Virus record (IMG/VR): IMGVR_UViG_3300031629_000077
Location: 1-24,564 of that record
Strand: one strand, 5' to 3'
Origin: a virus
Taxonomy: Duplodnaviria > Caudoviricetes
Length of the DNA stretch: 24,564 nt
Shown: positions 9,300 to 17,176 of the stretch, in pieces
Layout: the number at the start of each line of letters is the position of its first letter
Position numbering within the stretch: the stretch's first letter is position 1
Notes under the pieces: generated by a model
Database searches by the model: none
What the model was told of the DNA's origin: nothing
What the model saw: the letters and a program-made list of their open reading frames with translations, nothing else
Program-made: the position numbers and the translations under genes

Positions 9300-9404
9300 T
9301 TTAGTTTCTCATGTGTGTTTATTAGGTGGTCGGTACGTAGCACCGCCGACCGTCGGCTCAACAGGGAAGGATTACCCTAACTACAATTGCCTTGCAGGAG
9401 TTTT

Positions 9405-9935
9405 CTAAAAAGGTATATCGTCGAAGGTGCTTGCTGGAACTGGTGAACCAGCGCCGTTAGTACCCTGCTTGGGTGGTGGTGACATAGGTGCTGCCCCTAA
9501 ATTCACCGCTGAGTCCGGCGCGAAATATGGATGCCAGCTATCGACCTTGCTGCCCATCTTCTGAACACCGTCCTTGTAATAGACTTCATCGATCACGTTC
9601 ACACCGACTTCCTTAATGTCACGAACCTTCTCGATAGATGGCTTGGTAGGTACGCTGTCACCGCCATGCGTCAGCAGTGTTAGTAACTGCTTCTTTCCAA
9701 TCGCAGTACCTTTGTCTGACTTGGGTAAATGGATGTTGATAGACTCGCCGATAAAACCGAGGCCACTATTATCGATAAACTTTACTTGGATACGACGACC
9801 ATTAGGGTCGGTCGATACTTTCTCAAGAGAAGCATCATCAACACGGCACACGTATCGCCCTGCTCTTAGTCGTGACTCACCTGAGTCTGCTTCTACGTTC
9901 GATAGGTCTAGCTGGTCTAGTTGAAATTCACTCAT
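9405..9935 (-). CDS. DUF669-like single-stranded DNA-binding protein
   Basis: LRAGRYVCRV OB-fold-like start, Pro/Gly-rich linker and C-terminal DDIPF tail; ATGA overlap with the upstream ATPase places the start at 9935. Confidence 0.8.
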   Translation of the reverse strand: MSEFQLDQLDLSNVEADSGESRLRAGRYVCRVDDASLEKVSTDPNGRRIQVKFIDNSGLGFIGESINIHLPKSDKGTAIGKKQLLTLLTHGGDSVPTKPSIEKVRDIKEVGVNVIDEVYYKDGVQKMGSKVDSWHPYFAPDSAVNLGAAPMSPPPKQGTNGAGSPVPASTFDDIPF

Positions 9936-10735
9936 TTTGTTTGTACTCCTACGGCTGTTAGCCAAGTTTTAAAATCACTGCTATTCATGTGTATCGCACT
10001 AACAACATCCGCGACGTTGCTGGTGTTTATTACGGGGGGGATGCGACGCAGTGGGTCTCGCACCTTCCCGTGATAACCGTAAACTTCATCTGCGTAGAGG
10101 CGACGATGGACAACAACTGAACCGTCCTCTACTGTTTCTGTGTATCTATGACCAGCAAAAACGTGGTCGAATAGGGCTGGCAATTGCTTACTAACTGCCT
10201 TGCCATGTACGTCTGGCCAGAAAGAAACTCTGCCGTTGTCGTCTTCCTCATCTTTGGCAAGACAAGTAACCAGTACGTGATAGGGTAGGTCTCGAATGAA
10301 CTTGAGTGAGCCAATCATCTGACGCTTAAAGTCTCCCCATAACTTGAAGCCATTAGCATCATTAGCGTACTTACGCTCAAGCTCTCGCATGAGTAGGTCA
10401 CTGAGTTCCGTTAGCGAATCGATAGCTATCCAAGCAAACTTTTCTGATGCGAATCCAGAGTCAGGATTTGCCATCATCATGCAGATGCCACGGAACGAGT
10501 AGATACCTGATTCAGGCTCATGCTTGCCGTCCCAACTACTAAAGGGTAGGTAGTCGATACCCGTATCAGAGATGCTTGATAGTCCACCTTCACCACTAAG
10601 GATGAGGCCGCGACCAAACTTTTCTTGATAGTTTCTGCACTGTGTAGTCTTGCCGAATCCATGAAGCGCATAGATAAGAGTCTTACTAGTATTCTTTATC
10701 GAATCGCTGTCAGTCTTCTTTGTTTTAAATGTCAT
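9932..10735 (-). CDS. AAA_24 / Sak4-like ssDNA-annealing ATPase
   Basis: Walker A LIYALHGFGKT, Walker B IAIDSLTEL, KVRD near the C-terminus; directly upstream of the SSB gene. Confidence 0.88.
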   Translation of the reverse strand: MTFKTKKTDSDSIKNTSKTLIYALHGFGKTTQCRNYQEKFGRGLILSGEGGLSSISDTGIDYLPFSSWDGKHEPESGIYSFRGICMMMANPDSGFASEKFAWIAIDSLTELSDLLMRELERKYANDANGFKLWGDFKRQMIGSLKFIRDLPYHVLVTCLAKDEEDDNGRVSFWPDVHGKAVSKQLPALFDHVFAGHRYTETVEDGSVVVHRRLYADEVYGYHGKVRDPLRRIPPVINTSNVADVVSAIHMNSSDFKTWLTAVGVQTK

Positions 10736-10745
10736 TACTCGTACC

Positions 10746-11123
10746 CTATTTAATTTTTTTGATTGATATTTTATTAGATGGCTTGATCTCTAAAGCTGGC
10801 ATCAACACAAGCTGGTCTTCCGCATCAGCATCATCAAATGTTTTTTTATTAACTGATGGAGATAGCTCTATTAAAGGAGATGAGGCCATGTGACCCAGCA
10901 TTTCTTTATCCCACTTATATGACTGACCCAGCACTCTTGCTACCGAGTAGTTGCCAGAGTTCCTTATCTCTTCGTTAGCGCTTAATAGAGCATCCACTCT
11001 CGCCGTTGCATCCTTAAATTCTACATCTGCTAATGCCTTGCTCTTCTTTGCTACAAAATATTGATCGCAAATCTCATCCATCACAGCAAAATCTATTGGT
11101 CTTTCAGGTGTGTCTATCATCAT
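10746..11123 (-). CDS. Hypothetical phage protein (helical N-terminus, first gene of recombination operon)
   Basis: GGAG RBS, 125-aa ORF, collinear with the Sak4-like gene. Confidence 0.75.
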   Translation of the reverse strand: MMIDTPERPIDFAVMDEICDQYFVAKKSKALADVEFKDATARVDALLSANEEIRNSGNYSVARVLGQSYKWDKEMLGHMASSPLIELSPSVNKKTFDDADAEDQLVLMPALEIKPSNKISIKKIK

Positions 11124-11165
11124 CTCCGGTGTCTCCTTATTCTATTATTAAAGTTCTTTGATGTA

Positions 11166-11205
11166 CTTTAGGTGTGTATCATATACAATACATTTTTTAA
11201 TGCAA
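11166..11205 (-). promoter_or_regulatory. Candidate sigma70 promoter for the leftward operon with ACACCTAAAG box just downstream of -10
   Basis: Minus strand TTGCAT-16 nt-TATGAT-ac-ACACCTAAAG in the AT-rich divergent intergenic region. Confidence 0.5.
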
Positions 11206-11222
11206 GCGACTCAGGTAAAAAA

Positions 11223-11408
11223 GTGAAAAAGTTTAATGTTAAGCAGTTAATTACAGATTGCGGCGGTGAAAAAGAAGTGGCGAGGCTAACTAATAAGTTC
11301 CGCACAGCACCTTATCGATGGGCCAATCAAGGTTTTGTTACTACTAAAGTGCTGGAGGTGTTGAAGACAGAGAATCCAAAATTAAATATCAATAAGTATT
11401 TTATCTAA
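11223..11408 (+). CDS. Cro-like helix-turn-helix regulator (61 aa)
   Basis: LITDCGGEKEVARLTNKFRTAPYRW pattern; GTG start after AGGT; first gene of the rightward replication operon. Confidence 0.75.
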   Translation: MKKFNVKQLITDCGGEKEVARLTNKFRTAPYRWANQGFVTTKVLEVLKTENPKLNINKYFI

Positions 11409-11434
11409 CTCCTTTAATATATAGAGACACACAC

Positions 11435-13549
11435 ATGAATCTAAAAGAATGGGCCGTTGCTTACTGTGAACTTGGTTTCCAAGTGATACCGATAGGTGAA
11501 GACAAGAAGCCACTAGTTAAGTGGAAAGAATATCAACTGACCGAACAAGAACCTGAACTGGTAGAAGAATTATGGGATCGCTTTCCGACTGCTGGGATAG
11601 CTATAATAACTGGTGAGCTATCAGGAATTGTTGTTGTTGACTGTGACGATGAGCAGTCTATAAGAGAGTTCGAAAAGATGGGGTGTCCGACCCCAATTAT
11701 GCAGACCACTAAAAGAGGTAGGCATTATTTTTTCAAACATCCAAAGCGAGTTGTTAAAAACGCAACAACTTGGAGAGGTATAAACAACATAGATGTAAGA
11801 GGTGACGGTGGACTCGTTAAAGTTTATCCGAGCGCTGGTTACAAGTGGGACTTACCATTGGACGTTAAGGTGTCTGACATACCGTTTGAGCTGCCGGATT
11901 GGGAATTCGAGGACTATGTACCAGAGGTCGTGTCTGACGGAGTAGTGCGCGACATACTGCCCGACCAGTTTTCGTCGGGTAATCGTAACGACATGATGAC
12001 ACGGCTGGTTGGTAAATTAATTGTCGATAATCCTGCGGCGTGGGGTAAGGAGTTATTTCTTTTAGCGCTTACTGAAAACGAGAAACGCTGCAAGCCACCA
12101 CTTGAGCAAGATGAAATTAAGATCATCGTTGTGTCTGTTATGCAGATACATAAAAAGAATAACCCCGATGAGTTTAATGCTGACGGTGTACGTAAGGAGT
12201 CGTTGATCACTGACAAGGAGAGAACACTACGCGCTCACATGAGACTCATGTTCGAGTGTGATTCGATTGGGCTATGCGGTGCGCCGCCTGAGCGTGATTG
12301 GCTCGTGAAGGATTTAATTCCAGCGGGATTGCCGGGGGTCATCGCTTCGTCGGGTGGCGTAGGTAAGACGTACTTACTCATGGATCTGGCGATGAAGATC
12401 GCTTGCCCCGAAGATGGAGAGACATCATTCTTTATGGGCCATCCGATACGCAAGCATGGCAAGGTGGTGATGTTCTTAGCGGAAGACGATCGTAATGAGC
12501 TGATGCGTCGCTTTGAATTCCTTGACCCAGCGTACAGGCGAATAGGATTCCCTGATCAACTGATCGTAATACCTATCCCTGAGCTTGAGACTGCCATGAA
12601 CTTTGGCACAAAGAAGTTTGACGCGCCTAAGTTCACGCAAGAAGCTGATGATTGGCGGAACACGCTGATACAGATGGAAGACTTGGCAATGGTTGTGTTT
12701 GATCCACTGCAATCATTCTTTGAGTGGCGCTTCGACGAAGACAATGTGGCCGCTGATAGAGCGCTCAAGTGGGCGCAGAACATTGCAGTTAAGACAGGTG
12801 CTACGGTTATCTTCACGCATCATCTACGCAAGGATGACATGGGCGTGGCCCCAACCACACCTCAAGGCGCGATCGGTAAGATTCGTGGCGCAAGTAACAT
12901 CGTCAACTCATCACGCTTTGCCATCCCGATTTGGCGTCCATCTCAGGAAGTATGTGAGGAAGTATCCAGTAGATTAAATCTTGTGGGTAACAACAACGTG
13001 TTCATGGCTGGGTTGGGCAAAGAGAACTTCGGTGGTGATGTGAGTACACACTGGATGATACGCGAACCATTGTCAGGATTGCTTGTAGATCGTACGGATG
13101 AGATCGATGGCTCACGAGTTGAGCCAGCAGATGTGAGTACCGAGGGCATGGTGATCGAGGCGCTGCGGAAGGGGCTTAATACACGCAAGGATATTCTGAG
13201 CCATGTGTTTACCAGTAAGACAGTTACGTACGCAAAGATCAAAGAGCTGATCGATACTGGTGTGATTGTCGATGAGGGCAAGACTCTAGTTATGGCTGAT
13301 GATCATCCAGACTTTAATGATCTGCACGATGAGATTTATTACATGGTTAAGAACGCAGGTCGTGAGCTGGCAGGTGTGTTTGATTGCGGCTACTCGTTAC
13401 GTGATCTAGCGCAAGATTATAAGAGTAAAGCAGGGAAGGTGCTGTTCAAGGGTGCAGTCACTAAGCTGCTTAACGATGGGAAATTAGTGGTCAAATCAGT
13501 GAGTGAAGGCACTCGCGGCAAGCCCACAAACTACCTAGTTTTAGCGTGA
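11435..13549 (+). CDS. Bifunctional primase-polymerase (Prim-Pol) + PriCT + RecA-family AAA_25 helicase
   Basis: VIPI..DKKPLVKW, IVVVDCD, GRHYFF, IDVRGDGG; GNRND...PPLEQDE (PriCT_1); Walker A SSGGVGKT, Walker B VVFDPL, THHLRK, IRGASNI; possible C-terminal wHTH. Confidence 0.93.
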   Translation: MNLKEWAVAYCELGFQVIPIGEDKKPLVKWKEYQLTEQEPELVEELWDRFPTAGIAIITGELSGIVVVDCDDEQSIREFEKMGCPTPIMQTTKRGRHYFFKHPKRVVKNATTWRGINNIDVRGDGGLVKVYPSAGYKWDLPLDVKVSDIPFELPDWEFEDYVPEVVSDGVVRDILPDQFSSGNRNDMMTRLVGKLIVDNPAAWGKELFLLALTENEKRCKPPLEQDEIKIIVVSVMQIHKKNNPDEFNADGVRKESLITDKERTLRAHMRLMFECDSIGLCGAPPERDWLVKDLIPAGLPGVIASSGGVGKTYLLMDLAMKIACPEDGETSFFMGHPIRKHGKVVMFLAEDDRNELMRRFEFLDPAYRRIGFPDQLIVIPIPELETAMNFGTKKFDAPKFTQEADDWRNTLIQMEDLAMVVFDPLQSFFEWRFDEDNVAADRALKWAQNIAVKTGATVIFTHHLRKDDMGVAPTTPQGAIGKIRGASNIVNSSRFAIPIWRPSQEVCEEVSSRLNLVGNNNVFMAGLGKENFGGDVSTHWMIREPLSGLLVDRTDEIDGSRVEPADVSTEGMVIEALRKGLNTRKDILSHVFTSKTVTYAKIKELIDTGVIVDEGKTLVMADDHPDFNDLHDEIYYMVKNAGRELAGVFDCGYSLRDLAQDYKSKAGKVLFKGAVTKLLNDGKLVVKSVSEGTRGKPTNYLVLA

Positions 13550-13775
13550 AAAAACCGTCTCAAGTTAATTATTTGTGAGACGATTTTTAAATCTGTAAGT
13601 GTCTGATATGTATAAGGAAAGAGGGTGTTGTCCGGTATTCTGTCCGGTTTCGTCCTCCCTTATATATAAATAAGAAGCGGAAAACAAATAATAAACCTTT
13701 GCGTAGACCAGAAGGGTCGTCCGGTGGGGGAGTCGTTAGCACTCCCCCTCCACCTGACTCCCCTCTTCTTGGTCA
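13550..13775. other. Candidate replication origin / structured intergenic region
   Basis: 13-bp inverted repeat (13550-13562/13576-13588), IHF-consensus match TATCAGACACTTA (13596-13608, minus), GTCCGGT x3, AT-rich tract 13660-13700 and nested stem-loop 13706-13774; directly downstream of the primase-helicase. Confidence 0.55.
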
Positions 13776-13799
13776 GAGCAACACAACAAGGTAATAAAA

Positions 13800-14012
13800 A
13801 TGAAACGAATGGTAAAAGTAAACTTAACACCTGATCCAACAATCAATCGATCACTCATGCCGGACGAGATGGTAGCTACTATAAATAAACTACAAGATGC
13901 CTTCGGAAAGATGCGCTTAACTAAGTTCGAAGTCGAACAAGGGGGTGAATTAGCAATCAAGATTATGAACACTAACCGAGAATATACATTAAGAAAGACA
14001 CCTAAAGCGTAG
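13800..14012 (+). CDS. Hypothetical phage protein (70 aa)
   Basis: AAGGT RBS, co-oriented with neighbours. Confidence 0.65.
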   Translation: MKRMVKVNLTPDPTINRSLMPDEMVATINKLQDAFGKMRLTKFEVEQGGELAIKIMNTNREYTLRKTPKA

Positions 14013-14060
14013 AAAAGATGACAAGAGCCTTCCACATAGCTATACTGCTGACACCTAAAG
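13997..14060 (+). promoter_or_regulatory. sigma70-type promoter bracketed by two GACACCTAAAG direct repeats
   Basis: ATGACA (14018-14023), 17 nt, TATACT (14041-14046); identical 11-mers at 13997-14007 and 14050-14060. Confidence 0.7.
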
Positions 14061-14072
14061 AGTGGTTAGAGT

Positions 14073-14411
14073 ATGGCAAAGGCAAGACTCGTGACAACCG
14101 AACAGGTTGATTGGCTACGTAGTAATCATCCCATCGTCATGGAAGACATCGGCAAGATACACACGCAGAGGCGTATGACGTACAAGACATTGGCAAATCA
14201 TGTCGGTGTCTGCGTCGATACAGTAAAGAGGATTCTGGTAACACAAGGCATAGCTAACCTACATTCAGAGAAGCACGTACGATCAAGGCGCAGCATGATA
14301 ATCCAATGGTCTCGCCCATGCATGATCTGCAAATCTAATACTCCACGACCAAAAAATAAATTTATCTGCACTCCATGCAAAAATAAACTCGATTGGGATG
14401 ACCCTGACTAA
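14073..14411 (+). CDS. HTH + CxxC/CxxC zinc-finger protein, putative transcriptional regulator
   Basis: MTYKTLANHVGVCVDTVKRIL (HTH-like); RPCMIC...FICTPC. Confidence 0.7.
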   Translation: MAKARLVTTEQVDWLRSNHPIVMEDIGKIHTQRRMTYKTLANHVGVCVDTVKRILVTQGIANLHSEKHVRSRRSMIIQWSRPCMICKSNTPRPKNKFICTPCKNKLDWDDPD

Positions 14412-14779
14412 TGGCAATCAAAGGCGTAAAAGCAAAAGGTGATCAGTTTGAACGCGATCTATGCGTATATTTTAGTGAAAAACTTGGCGTCGAGGTGTTC
14501 CGTTCTCTCTATACCAAAGACCCAACGATGAAAGAAACTGTAGGTGCGTGTGATCTAATGGGTGTACCAGCACTGGCAGTAGAAGCCAAGCGAGTAGAGA
14601 AGCTATCCTTCCCAGCCGCGTACGCTCAGGCACTACGCAATGCAGCGCTAGGCGAGTACCCAGTGGTGATCAACAGGCGATCGCGCCAGAAGATAGGCGA
14701 CTCGTATGTGCTGATTTCATTAGATGATTTCACCGAGTTCTATAAAGCGTGGGGTATTTCAAAAGGTTACTTCAAGTGA
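14411..14779 (+). CDS. Holliday junction resolvase-like PD-(D/E)XK nuclease (Hjc type)
   Basis: KAKGDQFERD...GACDL...AVEAKR...QA...PVV signature. Confidence 0.85.
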   Translation: MAIKGVKAKGDQFERDLCVYFSEKLGVEVFRSLYTKDPTMKETVGACDLMGVPALAVEAKRVEKLSFPAAYAQALRNAALGEYPVVINRRSRQKIGDSYVLISLDDFTEFYKAWGISKGYFK

Positions 14780-14967
14780 TTGGGGTTGTGTTAAAGGCTG
14801 GACGTAGCATGAAGGTTATCAATAAGAATGCTGCGACGTTAATAAAGCAGGAAGGCATGACAGCCAAGGAAGCATACGCATACGCATACCAATTTTCGAG
14901 GGCTAATACTGATAGGATATTTAGTGCGATGCATACTAGATCGCAGAAGGAGCAAAGACTCAGGTAA
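14776..14967 (+). CDS. Small hypothetical protein
   Basis: GTGA overlap with the resolvase stop; ends immediately before the terminator hairpin. Confidence 0.55.
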   Translation: MIGVVLKAGRSMKVINKNAATLIKQEGMTAKEAYAYAYQFSRANTDRIFSAMHTRSQKEQRLR

Positions 14968-14994
14968 TAAAAAGGGCGACCCGAAAGCCGCCCT
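14966..14994 (-). terminator. Rho-independent terminator (possibly bidirectional)
   Basis: Minus strand AGGGCGGC-TTTCGG-GTCGCCCT followed by TTTTATT, between convergent genes. Confidence 0.8.
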
Positions 14995-15034
14995 GACAAC
15001 ACACATGATCTTCTTTCGAAGAGCGTTTATTTTA

Positions 15035-15244
15035 TCACTCCGTACTAGAAAGCGCATCCATAATGTTTTCTAAAGTGCTAATAATATCCTCAACTTCATC
15101 GATAGATGCAGGGCTTATCTCCCCATTATCTATTAACTCGCTGAGGTGTATCAACGCATGATCAAGTCCTATGTTTATTTTAATCCTATCTTGTAACGGT
15201 AGGGCTAGATCGACTATGTTGTTATTATTTTGCAGCATTTTCAT
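15035..15244 (-). CDS. Small acidic hypothetical protein (69 aa), apparently monocistronic
   Basis: GAGG RBS, with its own promoter upstream and terminator downstream. Confidence 0.7.
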   Translation of the reverse strand: MKMLQNNNNIVDLALPLQDRIKINIGLDHALIHLSELIDNGEISPASIDEVEDIISTLENIMDALSSTE

Positions 15245-15258
15245 CTTCCTCTAAATTT

Positions 15259-15287
15259 ATAGTACATACTTTAATGACACCTTGCAA
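15259..15287 (-). promoter_or_regulatory. sigma70-type promoter of the 69-aa gene
   Basis: Minus strand TTGCAA-17 nt-TACTAT. Confidence 0.6.
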
Positions 15288-15378
15288 CTACCAAAACACT
15301 CCCAAGTGTTTATTAGGTGTTTATCAGCACAATACTGAACAGTAGGTTAAAACTAGAAGCCACACACCCAAGAGCTAC

Positions 15379-15532
15379 ACTAACTACCCCTTTAGGTGTA
15401 TTAATCTCTCCCTGCTAAGGGCGTATACGTTAATCCGTATCGAGGGTTCGAATCCCTCGCTCTCCGCCATATGATTGCGGAGCTAGATTCTTTTTTTCTA
15501 GCAAAAACCTGACACCTAACTCGGTAGTCAGT
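15379..15532. repeat. 21-bp imperfect inverted repeats (17/21) flanking the att core
   Basis: 15379-15399 revcomp ACACCTAAAGGGGTAGTTAGT versus 15512-15532 ACACCTAACTCGGTAGTCAGT. Confidence 0.85.
15410..15469 (+). other. attP core: 3' portion of tRNA-Ser(GCT)
   Basis: Anticodon loop CTGCTAA, 3' stem GGGCG, long variable arm ATACG-TTAATC-CGTAT, T-arm GAGGG-TTCGAAT-CCCTC, acceptor strand GCTCTCC-G-CCA. The 5' half is absent, and the site lies 78 nt from the integrase stop. Confidence 0.92.
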
Positions 15533-15547
15533 AAGACAACTAAGGTA

Positions 15548-16444
15548 CTACATACCTAGCTTAAGTATCGCCTTCTTTAAATGCGATGTACTCAAGTGAG
15601 TATATCTTTTCATCATATCCATCGACGAGTGGCCTAACAATTCAGCCACATCACGCTCACTAACCTCATTCATAATTAACAAAGAAGCAAAAGTATGCCT
15701 AGCCCCATGCGGCGTGATCCCATGAAACCTTTCGTAAGATGCACTGCCCTTAACCGTATCAGCTAAACACATTTCAACCGCATGATTCCAGTAAGGATAG
15801 ACCTCAGACTTATGCCAGCCCCTACCGTTGAGCTTATGTATATATCCTTGATCTCCCGCCTCACCAATGGCAGCTAACACCTTAGTATGCAATGGCACGT
15901 ACCGCTTTCTCGGTAAACCCCTGCCCTTACGAGTCGTGAATAGCACACAACCATCATGTACCTGTGTCCAATTACACTTCAACGCATCCCCAAGACGACA
16001 ACCTGTGTAGAAAAGGAACGTGGCAAACGCCTTGAACTTCGGATGACAGTGACCAATGAACTGATCAACTTCCTCAAGCGTAATCCATACGTCTCTCGGC
16101 GCACCCTCGGCTGGCTTATCCAACTTAACCTGATTGTCAGTCAACTCCATGTGATGTGCATGGTTCAGTATGGATTGGCACGTAGTTAGGAAGCGCCGCA
16201 CCGTTGACCCAGACAACCCTCTCGCATACATCGGCTCAGTTATCTGGTTGTGAATGAAGCGCCGACTGATATCATCGAGGCTTATCTCAGCAAGGACGGC
16301 ACGTAGCCGCCTCGCATGGGAGATATCCGTATCCCCCAAGTTCCTCCGATGATCAAGGTAAGAATTACACGCATCATCGAACGTGTAATTCCTACTGATC
16401 TTCTTCATTAGTTGTACGTTGTTCAACAACGTCACTCTACCCAT
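15548..16444 (-). CDS. int: Tyrosine recombinase / phage integrase
   Basis: YTGCRLGD (R), TRKG (K), HGARHTFAS (HxxR), LLGH, RYTH (catalytic Y); adjacent to the tRNA fragment. Confidence 0.95.
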   Translation of the reverse strand: MGRVTLLNNVQLMKKISRNYTFDDACNSYLDHRRNLGDTDISHARRLRAVLAEISLDDISRRFIHNQITEPMYARGLSGSTVRRFLTTCQSILNHAHHMELTDNQVKLDKPAEGAPRDVWITLEEVDQFIGHCHPKFKAFATFLFYTGCRLGDALKCNWTQVHDGCVLFTTRKGRGLPRKRYVPLHTKVLAAIGEAGDQGYIHKLNGRGWHKSEVYPYWNHAVEMCLADTVKGSASYERFHGITPHGARHTFASLLIMNEVSERDVAELLGHSSMDMMKRYTHLSTSHLKKAILKLGM

Positions 16445-16449
16445 AATAT

Positions 16450-16890
16450 CTACCTCGTTTTAATTGCGTATAAAGCCTTGTAAGGATCAGGCGTCTCGTA
16501 AGTTTCTGCCCAATGCTTCGGCAATCCACCACTCAACAAACGATACTCATCTTCGGCAACCTCTTTGTAATCATCAAAACATTTAACAACGATTTGATTT
16601 CTAGTATTAACACCCAGCTTGTTAGCTATGCCACGGACGTAGACCTTCGCCGTGTTCTGACTAACCTCAAATCGATCGGCGATCTCCGCATTCGATGAAC
16701 CGTTAAACAACATCTGCAAAGCAGCGTGTTGCTTAGTCGTTAGCTTCTCCAATGTTTCGCCTATACTTGCCTTGCTTTCAACCTTCACAGATTGTGACGC
16801 CGTTATCTGTATAAGAAGGTCTACCTTAGCTTCCAAACGAGTAATCTTTTCGCTCAAGTTTGCTATGCTTTCATCAGTCATTTTTTCCAC
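16450..16890 (-). CDS. LuxR/GerE-type HTH protein without sensor domain
   Basis: LTTKQHAALQMLFNGSSNAEIADRFEVSQNTAKVYVRGIANKLGVNTR; N-terminal coiled coil; stop 5 nt before the int start. Confidence 0.88.
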   Translation of the reverse strand: MEKMTDESIANLSEKITRLEAKVDLLIQITASQSVKVESKASIGETLEKLTTKQHAALQMLFNGSSNAEIADRFEVSQNTAKVYVRGIANKLGVNTRNQIVVKCFDDYKEVAEDEYRLLSGGLPKHWAETYETPDPYKALYAIKTR

Positions 16891-16951
16891 CTATGGTTTA
16901 ATTATTTAATAGTAATACATAGTTTTTACTCTCTACTTTGTGTTGTTTAAT

Positions 16952-17176
16952 TTAAGTATTGTTGCCGTCGATAAATGCCAGCGCATAAAAATTAACGCAT
17001 ATCATACGGTTCGATTTATTCGTCAAGAACTTAGCTTGTCTACGCTGAAAGGACATCCCAATGGAGTATGTGAGCTTCCAAGAAAATCTTGATGTGCAGA
17101 TCCATAGCGCACGACAAAGCATACGTGTCTGAGACAACTTTCGGTTCCCTATTAATGCGTAGTTTAATGTATCCAT
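16952..17176 (-). CDS. Possible small hypothetical protein
   Basis: Co-oriented ORF filling the gap with GAGGA upstream; composition not convincing. Confidence 0.35.
   Translation of the reverse strand: MDTLNYALIGNRKLSQTRMLCRALWICTSRFSWKLTYSIGMSFQRRQAKFLTNKSNRMICVNFYALAFIDGNNT

Noticed and set aside
11435-14779. GC-skew inversion at the candidate origin
   Set aside because: Spot counts were mixed and largely explained by coding-strand bias; a computed cumulative plot is needed.
15380-15469. Complete phage-encoded tRNA-Ser
   Set aside because: No 5' acceptor strand or D-arm upstream, and the anticodon stem is mismatched; it is an att fragment.
15482-15507. Terminator after the tRNA fragment (GCTAGA..TCTAGC)
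   Set aside because: Weak stem; the A-run follows the hairpin on the plus strand, so neither strand has a 3' U-tract.
16450-16890. Quorum-sensing LuxR receptor, or LuxR-Int readthrough fusion
   Set aside because: No autoinducer-binding domain, and the LuxR stop and int start are in different frames.
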